From positions 759,766 to 823,765 of the forward strand of contig NW_003314286.1 in assembly GCF_000143415.4 (NCBI RefSeq): 64,000 nucleotides of DNA, read 5' to 3'. Within the stretch, counting starts at the first letter, position 1, and every line of letters starts with the position of its first letter. The notes beneath the pieces are model-generated. The model did no database searches. It had not been told where the DNA came from and was given only the letters and a program-made list of their open reading frames with translations. A program made the translations under genes and the position numbers. The stretch comes from Selaginella moellendorffii. Its lineage: Eukaryota; Plantae; Lycopodiophyta. This document shows positions 1 to 13,188 of this stretch, piece by piece.

Positions 1-1351
1 GCCGCGTGTGGGGTGATAGCATGCTGGAAATTCTCAAGAGCCTGGGAAGCGAGAAGAAAGACGTGCTATGGCAGGTATTTTGATCGTTCTTTTGCTCGCG
101 GTTCTAGATTTCTTGTGAGTTCTTGTGCTTGGTTGGATCTTTGCTGTGCATTTTCTTCGACCATCGTCCTTTTTTTGTCATAGATGGATCATCCACATTA
201 ATTTATCCATTAGATGCTTCAGTTTTTCCTATGCTTCTCTATTCATGCTCTTCATCTTGTCCTCCCTTTCACTGTGGCAGCGTCAGTGTGGACAAAGGCA
301 TGCATCATCGCCGCCCAGGATTTCATCCATTAGTTTATGTTCTTAGTGATTCACTCTTGTCCTCCATTAGTTTACGTTCTTGGTGATTCACAAGATATTT
401 TGTTTCTCTTACGCTCAGGAAACTCATAAGTTTTTATCTTGCCAGCAATGCGATGATTCCATGCTGAGCGCGCTGGAGCTCATTGGCTCGATATCACACA
501 TCGAGCCTGGCACCAGAGTGGTGAGTAATGAAGACAGGTCGCGGCAGTTCGTGATAGTGGACCTCAAACAGAAGGAGGAAATGTGTCGCAAGCTCGAACT
601 GCTTCCTACGGACAGGCTCGTCACGGGTCTCGCGCTGTGTACCGTGCCTCGCAGGGCTCTCGAGCTGGGTGCGTTTGAGCCAGTCAAGACCAGCGGCGAT
701 CAGGTGGAGCTCAAGATCAACGAGACGAAGCTTATCCTCCAGAGCGTAGAGAGGCACGTCCGGCTGAGGGAGCTCGGTCTCCAGGACTGGCTGAATCTCA
801 AAGCTTGCGCTGGAACACTGGTGGTGAGGCACTGCGCGGTCGTAGACTTGAGCTGGCTGGGTGCCACCAGCAACGTTGGCTTGTTCTGGCCGGTTCGCGA
901 CTCAAAGTTCCTCAGCCTGGTACAGAGACTCCTACGCGATATCAGTATCCGGACTCGTGGTTTCTGCGCACAGTGGGGTCCTTTCCAAGCCTCCAACATC
1001 CGTGAAGTGAGAATCGTCCCCCTGGAAGACATCACAGAGCTAGAGCGCGTAAAGTTTGTGGAGCCGAGGTGGTTGTCAAGCAGGGAGATTGTTCCGCGTC
1101 GCTCCAGCTTGCCAGCCGCGGCCGGCAAGAGAACTCTAAGGATTCGGGAGCCCATAGTTGGTCCAGGATACCGGCCCCGACCGAGATACTGGTATCGTCT
1201 ACTCCAGGTGAAGCCACAGGACATGAAAGACTCGGATGGCGGACACCATGGATTCCGTGAGGTCCCGATACATATGGCAAACAGGAAGAAGCTCAACAGG
1301 ACGCAGCGGATAAAGTTCGGGTTGATCAAGCCAAGAAAGAAGGGACAGTAA
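1..1351 (+). CDS. Unknown protein, 5' end probably outside the window; exons ..74 and 419-1351
   Basis: Open frame RVWGDSMLEILKSLGSEKKDVLWQ ends at a GT donor (75). Phase-0 acceptor CAG at 416-418 joins it in frame to the long ORF ending TAA at 1351. No family recognised. Confidence 0.55.
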
Positions 1352-1929
1352 AAAGCATGGTTTTGGGAGAGCTCAGCCGGCACGAAGTTTGGTCTGGTGG
1401 TAATTAACTGCGGTCTACTTTGGAGAATGCTCATCAGGTGACGTACCAACGAATTAAATGGCTCCACCATACAACGCCGTTTGCGGTGAAAAGGGAGCCG
1501 ATGTGTGAGCCGAGACGGTGAAGAGAGGAGAGGAGCGAAGCCACTTCTACTGTCACTCCACTGCTCCGAGTTCCTGCTCCGCCTGTACAACACCGGGTTT
1601 GGTTCTCTTCCCTCCACTCACTCCTTATGCGTTAGATTTCTTACTCTCTTGTCTCTTTCTATCGCTCTCTCGATCTCACTTGCTTTCTCGGTCACTTGTG
1701 TTCTTAGAGTGTGCGGCATTTGGCTGTTTCGCGGAATGGGTCCGAGCACTTAGCTTCTGGAATGTGAGGGACCGGTCGTGAAATCGGGAGAGCAACTTGG
1801 GCGTTACAAGTCGATCGAGGAGCTTTCGCTTTTCCAATCTACATTCTGGTATTTCACTGCTTTCACTCTTTATGTGAATTCCTTTACTGTTTGCGGCCTT
1901 GCTCGTGCTTGCTTGCAGGTAGAAAAGCT

Positions 1930-3713
1930 ATGGTTGTTGCAATGCGGGAGTTCGACATGGAGCACCCGTATGACGTGATCGACAATTGCTCGGCCGACAA
2001 CCGCGAGAAGCAGAGCGTGGTAGCCGACTTGGATGGCTCCTGCGTTCGCAGCCGGAGCTCCTTCCCTTACTTCATGCTGGTGGCTCTGGAAGGAGGCAGC
2101 CTCCTGAGAAGCGTGCTCCTCATGGTCATGGCCCCCGTCGCGTGGCTGCTCTACCACTTCGTCTCGGAGGCAGCAGGCATCAAAGTCCTCATCTTCTTCT
2201 CCTGCGCCGGCCAGAGAGCTCGGGACATCGAAGCGGTGGCTCGCGCAGTTCTCCCCAAGTTCTACTCCGAGGACGTCCACAGCTCCACCTGGAGAGTCTT
2301 CTCGTCGTGCGGCAAGCGCTACATTCTCACGGCCAGCCCGAGACTGATGGTGGAGCACTTTGCCACGACATACCTGGGCGCTGACAAGGTGATAGGGACG
2401 GAGCTGCAAGTGACAAGGAGCGGGTACGCTACGGGGTTCGTCAAGAGCCCCGGCGTTTTGGTTGGCGTCAACAAGAGGCGGGCATTGAAGGCCGTGTTTG
2501 GTGAGGAGGTGCCAGACCTGGGGATTGGCGATCGCAGCTCTGATTATCCGTTCATGGCTTTTTGCAAGGTTGGTACTTCTCGTTCTCTCTGAGCTCTCTT
2601 CCTTTTCGCCTGTAGTCAGCAGGAGCATATGCATATATTGCAGTGCATGCTATGCTAGTCTGTGATCTTTGGAGCAACTCGTCGCCTGGCTTTCTTTTTC
2701 TTTGATTTTGTTGTATGGTTGTTGGTGTCAAGTCCGCGTTGTCTTCGTTGTCTCCGTCGTCTTCTGGCTTTATTTCATCCACGGATGTGGAACTTCCGAG
2801 TCTCACCAGAACTAATAAAGTCGCCTCTCTTTTTTCCTTTTCGGCTTTGCAGGAAGCTTACATTGTTCCTAGCCAGCCTGCCGACGCCGTTCCAGCTCAC
2901 AAACTCGCGCGCAAGATTATCTTTCACGACGGCAGGCTGGTCCAGAGGCCGACGCCGTTCGTGGCGCTGGTCACCTTTCTGTGGCTACCCGCCGGCTTCC
3001 TCCTGGCCTTCTTCCGCATCCTGGTGGCGCTTCCATGCCCGGTCGAGTACGTCCCGCTGCTCTACAAGGTGATCGGCGTCCGGCTCATCGTCAAGGGCAA
3101 AGTCCCGCCACCTTCCAAGAACGGGATCCTCTTCGTCTGCACGCACCGGACGCTCATCGACCCGATAATGGCCTCGGCGGCCTCGGGGAGCGACGTGACC
3201 GCGCTCACCTACAGCATTAGCCGGGTGTCGGAGGTGCTCTCGCCCATCAAGACGGTGCCGCTGTCGCGGGACCGGGAGAGGGACGCCTCGAACATCAAGC
3301 GGCTGCTGCTGAAGGAGAACTTGGCGATCTGTCCCGAGGGAACGACGTGCCGGGAGCCTTTCCTGCTGCGGTTCAGCGCCCTGTTCGCGGAGCTGTCCGA
3401 GAACATCGTCCCGGTTGCGACGTCGACCAAAACGAGCATCTTCCACGGGACGACGGTGCGGGGCTGGAAGGGGATGGACCCGTTCTTCTTCTTCATGAAC
3501 CCGTTCCCGGTGTACGAGGTGACGTTCCTCGAGCGGCTGCCGCACGATCTGAGCGTCCAGGGGGGCAAGTCGGCGATCGAGGTGGCCAACTACATCCAGA
3601 GGGTGCTGGCGGACACGCTGGGATTCGAGTGCACGAACTTTACGCGCAAGGATAAGTATGGGATGCTCATCGGCAGCGATGGAACGGTGCCTGCCAGGAA
3701 GAAGTCCTTTTGA
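1930..3713 (+). CDS. GPAT6: sn-2 glycerol-3-phosphate acyltransferase (GPAT4/6/8 clade; cutin/suberin); exons 1930-2568 and 2853-3713
   Basis: HAD-like motifs DLDGS and GDRSSD, acyltransferase HRTLID and CPEGTTCRE, conserved [16 protein letters not shown] intron 2569-2852 joins ..FCK|EAY.. Confidence 0.92.
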
Positions 3714-4015
3714 CCGCGGGGAGGAGCGAGAGAGATCGAGAGTGGAGGACAGGGCAGCAGCTCACAAAGCTATGGTGCGCTGCGGTTCTCTGGCAAAGCT
3801 TGCTTGGAAAGAATCTCTCGAGAGGGAGGAGATAAGAAACGAGAAAGTTCGTGTCCTTCATTAGGGCAGATTTAAATTTAAAATGGCATCTCGGACAGCA
3901 TATTCTCTGCAAAGATTCTAGTAGCCCTAGATTCCAGAATAGTATCTATTATATTTGTGTTTGTTATAGTTTCATGTTCCAAAGATCAATGGACACTACT
4001 GCGCAAACGAGCTTT

Positions 4016-5281
4016 CTATTCTTTATCATTTCTAGCTAGTAAGGAGGGAGGGACAATTCTCTGATACTTGAAGGGTATAATAGAGCAGAGAGACCTCCTC
4101 TTGCAGTCCGGCAGCGGCAGTGGCGACCATGTCCGGCTCGAGATCTTGTAGACGCCCAGGAAGCCAATCGCGAGGAGACCAAAGACTACCTCGTCCTCGC
4201 AGGCCCCAGCGCTAACTAACAGCTCCCAGTTAAGTATCTCCCGAGGAACCAGCCCCGGATCATCCAGCGGCATTGCCACAAAGGGCTGCCACTGCCCCAA
4301 CCTCTCGTCCAGGAGCAGCAATGCTGGGACTCCTCTATCGCCACCGCTGCTTGTTTGCATGCACGGGAAGAGGATTCGTCCACCACAGACAACCGGCAGG
4401 GGATACACGTCAAATACGGGGGAGGTGCGCTTGTCACTGACCATGAATCCCGGCGGCAGGCTCTTCCATCGCGCCAGAGTCCTCGTCCCCGAGTCTCGAT
4501 CAAGGAAGCTAACAGACTTGAGCGAGTACTCCTTCTCCCCTAAACTCGTCCTGGTGATGAAAAAAAAATGGCTTTCATCGCTGCAAAATCCGAGCATGGG
4601 AAGTGATGCCAGGATCTGGCCAGCTCCAATGTCCACTACCCAGCTCTCCCAGGCCGCCACTTCTGCCGCACCACAGCAATGATAGTAAATGTGGAGCTCC
4701 AGGGTGTCGTGAATAGGGAACTCCAACGCCGGCATGGTGATATTTCTCTTGTTCAAGCCATAGACCACCCAAAAGCTCGAGTCTGGGAATGCCTGGAAGC
4801 TGATGATGGTACCAGTGTGCGAGTCCAGTGGTGGAAGCCCAGTCCAGCTGCGAGTGAGGAAATTGGTGACGATCAGCTGGGCATCCATGGTCTCCACTAG
4901 GAGCCAGCCCGTCGACGTTGCTGCCCGCACACGGAGGAGCTGTTCCGGGAAGTTTGGAAGGTAATCCAGCGGAAGAGGCCTCCAGTGCTTCTCCCCAGGG
5001 CTCGCCATCTTGTTGCGGCAGATGTAGAACCACCTGGTGTCGCAGAGGGAGAGCACGCCCTGGCGCCAGGATTTGGAGACGAGCTTGGCGCGGAAGAGAG
5101 CCTGGAGAGGGAAGTGATCGAGAAGCTTGAGCTGGAAATCGAGCGGGAGATTTGCCCAGATGGATGCGTCTATTGGAGGCGAGCTGCCATGGAAAGAAGT
5201 TCTGAGAAAGAGTATGGGATCGATATCGAGGAAATACCTTTCAACATTGTCAATGATGTTGCTGCCATGCACGCGCTTCAT
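4016..5281 (-). CDS. Intronless F-box protein
   Basis: F-box motif IWANLPLDFQLKLLDHFPLQALFRAKLVSKSW, followed by F-box-associated-type segments (NFLTRSWTGLPPL). Confidence 0.8.
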   Translation of the reverse strand: MKRVHGSNIIDNVERYFLDIDPILFLRTSFHGSSPPIDASIWANLPLDFQLKLLDHFPLQALFRAKLVSKSWRQGVLSLCDTRWFYICRNKMASPGEKHWRPLPLDYLPNFPEQLLRVRAATSTGWLLVETMDAQLIVTNFLTRSWTGLPPLDSHTGTIISFQAFPDSSFWVVYGLNKRNITMPALEFPIHDTLELHIYYHCCGAAEVAAWESWVVDIGAGQILASLPMLGFCSDESHFFFITRTSLGEKEYSLKSVSFLDRDSGTRTLARWKSLPPGFMVSDKRTSPVFDVYPLPVVCGGRILFPCMQTSSGGDRGVPALLLLDERLGQWQPFVAMPLDDPGLVPREILNWELLVSAGACEDEVVFGLLAIGFLGVYKISSRTWSPLPLPDCKRRSLCSIIPFKYQRIVPPSLLARNDKE

Positions 5282-5388
5282 TCTCCTCGAGAGTTGCTAA
5301 TCCTTTGCCCTACACCACCCTTGAGAGACGATCAACTTTATCAGGGTTAAGGGCAACTGAATAAAATCAGAATCCATATTGATCTGAT

Positions 5389-7170
5389 TTATGTAAATAC
5401 CCTTACATTTGCCATGAGGTTATACGCGACCGGATCGCTGGGATCTATCTTGACGAGCTCTTGGAACGCCACCTTCGCCACCTTTGCGTTCTTCCACTTG
5501 TGGCAGGCCCCCAGCACCGTCCTCCACGTAACCGCGGTGGGCTCATGCGGCATTCCCCTCACCATCGCCACCGCCTCCTCCAGCCGGTTGGCGCGGCCCA
5601 GCACGTCCACCATGCAGTGGTAGTGCTCGATCCCGCGAGGAACTCCACACCTCCCCATCGCCGCGAAGAGCCCCCGCGCGCGATCCACCATCCCGGCGTG
5701 GCTGCAAGCCGAGATCGCGCACACGAAGCTCGCGCCCACGGGAGGAATGCCCTCGTCGATCATCTGGCGGAAGAGCTCCAGCGCGCGATCGATGTCTCCG
5801 CCGTGGCTCAGCCCCGCCAGGAGCGCGTTCCAGGCGATGGAGTCGTTGCTCGCGGATGCCGCGAAGAGGCACTGCGCGTGGCGGAGGCTCCCGGATTTGC
5901 AGTAGGCGTCGATCAGCCCCGCGTGGAGGACGGGGAGGATCTCCATCCCCGCGCGGAGTATCCGCTCGTGGATGGATTGCGCGAGGGGTAGCGACGAGGC
6001 GGCGGTGGCGCACGCCTTGAGCGCGGCGCTCATCGCCCAGGCATCGGCCGAGAGAGGAAGACGATCGAGCCACAATTCGCGCGAGAGGAGGAGCTCCAGC
6101 GCGAGCTCGCCCTCGCCGGCGCTGGCGTGGGCGGAGGCGATGGAGCTGACAGTCACGGCGCTGTGGGCTGGGAGGCGATCGAACGCCATGCGCGCGTCGA
6201 TCAAGCTCCCACACTTGGCGTACATGTCCACGATCGCGCCGCCCACGAATTCCTCGCGCTCGAATCCCCATCGCCTGGCCCGGGCGTGGAGCTCCATCCC
6301 CTCGCGAAGAGCGCCCATTTTCACCGCGATGTTCTTCCCGCCAGTCGAGATCTCTCGCGGCTTCTCGCTCGCTGCCAGGGCGATGCACGCCTTGATCGCC
6401 GCGAGGACACACCGAGCGTCTGGATCCGCGCAGCTCCGGCTGCCCGCCATGATCTTGAACGATTCCAGCGCCAGCGCCGCCTCTCCATTGTCCGCGTAGC
6501 CATTCACCAGCGCTGTCCACGCCACCACGTCCGGGGCATCGATCTGATCGAACACCCGGCGGCAATCCCTTGCGCTGCCACACCGCGCGTAGAAATCCAC
6601 CAGCGCGGTGGCCAGGAAAAAATCCCTGGAGCACCAGCAAGCATCGATCGTCGCGTGGATCGCCATGCCTTGCTCAAGAGCCCTCAGCTTCACCACTCTC
6701 CCGGGGGAGAGCTCCACGCCAGACTCCATCGATGCGAGCTCGCAGCACGCCCTGATCGCCGCGGAGAATGCCCTGGCATCCGGGGTGGGGATCGCCCGCG
6801 GCCTGGAGTGGAAGAGATCGAGCGCCGTGGAGGGATCCCCGGAATCGATGTAGGCCAGCATGAGCGCCGTCCAAGAGGCGAGGCTGTGGCCCGCGGGGGT
6901 GAGATCGAAGATCCGCCGAGCGTCGACGGTGCTGCCACAGCGGGAGTACATTGTGACAAGCGCGCTGGCGACGTAGGAATTGGAATCGAGGGAGCGAGCG
7001 GCGGCTTCCCCATGGATAATCCGGCCCTGCTCTAGCTCCTGGATCGCGGACGATGCCCTGAGCGCCGGGATGAGAAGCCAGATGCTTGGCTGCGGCCTCG
7101 GTCGCTGGATGTAGTGCGCGGGGAGTCGAGATAAAGCGAATGCGCAGACCTGGTGGTAGTGCCGCCCTAT
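5389..7170 (-). CDS. PLS-class pentatricopeptide repeat protein with E domain (start codon uncertain)
   Basis: Repeated ALVxMYxxCGS..A..FD and W(T/N)AL motifs; HYHCMVDVLGRA and TWRTVLGAC E-domain motifs; no DYW. The first in-frame ATG is inside the first PPR motif. Confidence 0.88.
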   Translation of the reverse strand: MGRHYHQVCAFALSRLPAHYIQRPRPQPSIWLLIPALRASSAIQELEQGRIIHGEAAARSLDSNSYVASALVTMYSRCGSTVDARRIFDLTPAGHSLASWTALMLAYIDSGDPSTALDLFHSRPRAIPTPDARAFSAAIRACCELASMESGVELSPGRVVKLRALEQGMAIHATIDACWCSRDFFLATALVDFYARCGSARDCRRVFDQIDAPDVVAWTALVNGYADNGEAALALESFKIMAGSRSCADPDARCVLAAIKACIALAASEKPREISTGGKNIAVKMGALREGMELHARARRWGFEREEFVGGAIVDMYAKCGSLIDARMAFDRLPAHSAVTVSSIASAHASAGEGELALELLLSRELWLDRLPLSADAWAMSAALKACATAASSLPLAQSIHERILRAGMEILPVLHAGLIDAYCKSGSLRHAQCLFAASASNDSIAWNALLAGLSHGGDIDRALELFRQMIDEGIPPVGASFVCAISACSHAGMVDRARGLFAAMGRCGVPRGIEHYHCMVDVLGRANRLEEAVAMVRGMPHEPTAVTWRTVLGACHKWKNAKVAKVAFQELVKIDPSDPVAYNLMANVRVFT

Positions 7171-7770
7171 GGAGCTTCGGATATTAGGGTTCCTGGGTAA
7201 GAACCCTAAACTCTCCAGCGTTTTTCCGTTAAACACTCTTGGCGCAAATTTAACCGCGCTATCCGATCAGTGTGCCCGACAGAAATCCCTCCTGAGAAGA
7301 GCAAGAGCTCCGACATGGAATCAGAACATTGTCATTATAGGTCTTACATAAAGTTTTGTTAGATGAGCATGAGTTTCTAAAACGGGCATTGGAAATGTTA
7401 GACACATGAATCAATACTAAGAGAAAGTACCATATTTTAAAAGAGTGCACCACTCATCTAGGCGACTGCTCTAAAAGGGGTTGCCTCTTCTTCCTCATTA
7501 GGCAAACTTTTGCCCCATGGGCACCTCTTTAATACTAGTCATCCAGAATTCTTTCACCATGAGTAACACATGCTCTAAATTCCACTCCACAGTCTCCAGA
7601 AACATCCTCCAATCTACAAAGCAGCATAGAAAAGCAAACCTAAAAGAAGCCACTCCAACTGTTTCATTTGAACAAAATTCAAATTAAAACTTTAAATAAT
7701 TTGTTACGCATTGTATGTAGTAATGTTTAATAGTATATGTATTAATTCAATTGATCAAATAAAATTTTAT

Positions 7771-7902
7771 AATTATAAACATGTTTATAATTTATAAACA
7801 CAAAATTAATTTTATTGCATAAGATGGTAGAATAAAAAATATATACTAAAAAGTGTTTAAGCAAGTTATAAACATGTTTATAAATTATAAATACAAAATT
7901 AA
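7771..7902. repeat. AT-rich imperfect direct repeat containing a 22-bp palindrome (AATTATAAACATGTTTATAATT, 7771-7792)
   Basis: ttataaacatgtttataatttataaacacaaaattaat recurs near 7866-7902 with a few changes. Confidence 0.6.
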
Positions 7903-8688
7903 TCTAAATGAATAACAACCGTTAGATAGTAAAAGATCCTATAATATTCAGGCATATTCTAGATATAACAGGTTTGCTTAAGCAAACCAAAAACATTAAA
8001 TTTCAAAGCAAACCAAAACACCCACTACGTCCAAGCCAATGCTCAATCAGTGCCCTTCACAATCAAAGATTATGCATGCCATTTGTGCTCCCAAAACGAA
8101 AAGTTGACACTCTCCCTCCTGTTTTCTTGGAGAAGAGCAAAGTTGAGCTGCAACATAGGAATCAGGGCCACCTCAAGTATTGTTGTAAGTCTTAGACAGG
8201 ACGTACCTATTGTGGTTGTCTAGCAGCTTGACGTCGGATAGATTCGACCTCTAACTCCACCTTGGGCGTCTCACAATTGGGCCATAGCTGCTGTTAGTGT
8301 TGTGGAAAAATTGGCCAGCAGACAGTCTCATATGAGCAGAAGGAATTTTGGGAGACTGCTCCTCCAAACTTCCTTCACCATAAACAGGGCCCAAATTCTT
8401 CACCTCCCAGGAGCAATGTCTGTTGGCCAATCCTTCCACAGTCCTTGTACTCGCCATTGATTCACTAAAAGACCCACTCTTTTTAGAATCTTTTGCGCTA
8501 CTATGCCGGCGGAAAGGAATCCAAAACCTAAAACAAATCACCCCAGCTGTTTCCATTTAAACTGTGTGACAACATGTGACAACATGCTAACATTGACAAA
8601 ATTCATACTGTACATAGCGTAATTTTATTTTTTCCAATTTTTTCACGAACAAGCCAACTAGCCAACAATCAACCAGCATACATATAAC

Positions 8689-9631
8689 TCACAAGTTCAG
8701 AAATCCAGCGTGCGGCGGCCTTGCTCGCCCCAGGAGATACTTGAGCGTCCGGGAGAGGCTGAGCTTGGAGAAGAATCCCATGAGGCCGCAGCACTGATCG
8801 CCGCCACCACCACCACTGCCACCACCACTGCCACCACCACTACCACCATCACCACCACCGGCGGTGACGAGCCTGGGCATGCTCATGCTGAATGTGAGCG
8901 GAGCATAGCCCATGATCTTCTGCCAGTTCCACGGGAAGAACTGCGTCGAGTTGTCGACGACGTTGAGCGGCTGCAAGTATGCCCGCGCGGCCTGTTCCAC
9001 CAGATGGTTCTTCATTCGAGTTCTCGGGCTCCCGCCGCCGCCGCCGCCGCTCACGCTCTCCGTGCTGTGGCATTGGTACTGGAGGAACATCACGTCCCGG
9101 AGGCTCGTGTAGTGGAGGTCCAGGCTATCCACGCTGATAATCTCTGGCTTGTTGAGTCGCCAGTCTATAACCCCTGCCTTTGAAATAGTAGCAGTAGCTG
9201 CCGGTTTCTTAGCTGCTGGTTTCTTAGCGGCTGAGAAGAGCGATGAAACGAGCGGGCGCATTGTCGGTGAGCTAGTCAGCCTGCAAACAGTAGAACACGG
9301 TGTCAAGCTTGGCACACGAAAGCTTGGATTGATCGTATAGACCAAACAAAAGAAAACGAAAGTTTCACTCAATGCAGCAGACAAAGCAACCCCTCTCCAC
9401 TTTTCTTTCTATTTGAAACTGTGCTAGATCTCGAAACTCTAAAGCTAAACTTTAGCATGAAAAAGGCATCAGACGCGAATCGTTTGGACATCTACAGTGA
9501 ATGCCAAGATCAGAGCAAACAAAAAGGAATCCCCGGAGAAAGCAGGGACATTTGGTCCCAAGCGGATGATAACACGCCGTGACGAAATCTCCCAAGAGAA
9601 AGAGTGAAGGAGCATACCTCTTCGTGGACAT
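8689..9631 (-). CDS. Small plant-conserved protein of unknown function (YTSLRD...KNHLVEQAARAYLQP type); exons 9618-9631 and 8689-9280
   Basis: A 14-nt first exon ATGTCCACGAAGAG|gtatg splices in phase to ttgcag|G, giving 606 nt. The motif pair resembles an uncharacterised land-plant family as recalled. Confidence 0.7.
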
Positions 9632-10508
9632 TTTCCGCTAGGCGATGCTACGCCTCGTCGACGCCATCAACGCCGGAGGCCTTGCAGGAGCAGAAGAAGA
9701 AGGCGCTGCGAGGACGAACAGCCATGGCTAGCAAGCACACAAATCCTGGCGATCGATCGAACTAGATTCTCAAACAAACGAAGAACAAGGAAGAAAGAAA
9801 GAACAAAACGAATGAAAAAGCACTCCAAATCCAACCAAAAAGAACAGAAAAAAGGGAAAATCTCTCACGGATAAAGAGATAAAGAACCAAAGATTCAGAC
9901 AAAGAAATCCGGATCCATCACAGATCGCGAAGAACAAAGCGAGAAAATGGGGAGCTCTCTCCTGCCTAGAAACCCTACCTCTCCTAAAAGCTTTTAATCC
10001 CGTCCTGGGCTCTACAATGTGGCTACAGACCTTTCCTTGCTCGCCTTTCCTGCTGGCGGGCGGGGATAAAAATCGACCGTTCTTACAGCACTTCGTGGCC
10101 GGCTCCCAGCCGTCGGATCCCCAGGTAAAATACCATGCCTCCCGTTGGATGCTATTATAGCAAAAAATTCTCACCCAATGATTTGTCTCCACTCCAATGT
10201 CCCATTTTGTTTTCCAACCATACAATATTACATCATACACGTTTTCCGGGAAGAAAGCCAATCACAGAGATTTTCGTCAATCGCCGCGCCACACGTGTCG
10301 CTAAGCTGTCCCTCTCCATGGGTGGTTTGGTGCCGTACTACATGGCGGCCCATTGCAAACGCATCCGGAGATAATTCCACGCTGGTGGAGGCGTACGGAA
10401 CCACACCTTTTTTTTTCGCCTTTTGCCCTTTCTAGGAAAGTTTCCTTGTGCCCTAGGATTCAGGGTTTAAGGTTTATAGCAAGAGTGTTCTTCTTCCTTG
10501 GCGGGGTT

Positions 10509-12524
<2,016 letters not shown>

Positions 12525-13067
12525 GCCCCCCAGGAAGACGAAACGCGAAGATAATCCACGCTACCTCCTCTTATGGCGCATAGAATTCTCGCGTACTGCG
12601 CTGCCCGCTCTATCGATCTCCACGTTTCTCCCTTGCCTCTACACCACACCTAGTTCTTGCTAAGAGATTGGACGATACCTGGTCGAGAGCTCGTCCAGAA
12701 TTTCGGATCTGCGCACCCTAAACCCCACGAATTCCTCCCGAGACCAGCGCCAGCAGCCACGGCCCGGCGAACCCCCTCGCCCCCCCCGGATCCGCCGTCA
12801 CCAAAACCCCAGAATCGCCGTGCTGCTGGCGCTGGCGCTGCTGGAGCTCCAGGGAGCTGGCGCCGGCGGCAGCGATTCCATGCCGGATGGCCGCGACTCC
12901 TCACAATCCCATCCTTCCCGGAAGCGCGATGGGGATGGAAGCGCTGCTCTCGAGAGACAAAGCTGGGCAGTGTGTAGCCAAAAGCCTAGAGGCGCTTAAA
13001 GCTCTAGTCTAAAAGCCAGGGATTAGCGAGGGGATAAGGAATATAGCCTGGGCATCAAGCCACCCAG

Positions 13068-13154
13068 TGTGTGGTGTGCGCGGCGTGCGTCCATCTTAGC
13101 TTTCTATCCCTCTCTCTCACACACCGGTCGGGGGTTCGAATCTCCTCCACAACA
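13068..13154 (+). other. tRNA-like remnant (B-box/T-arm), possibly SINE-derived
   Basis: GGGGG-TTCGAAT-CTCCT T-arm-like hairpin at 13130-13146; flanking TGTGTGG...CCACAACA can pair. No convincing anticodon arm. Confidence 0.25.
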
Positions 13155-13188
13155 CGACAAAATAATGCAAGGCGGAAGAACCCTAATT

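Noticed and set aside
7974-8556. Short ORFs between the PPR and the 8689 gene
   Set aside because: No recognisable motif or splice structure.
13040-13053. AATATAGCCTGGGC also at 31422-31435, both in intergenic DNA
   Set aside because: Several exact 14-mer matches are expected by chance in 64 kb; no third copy seen.
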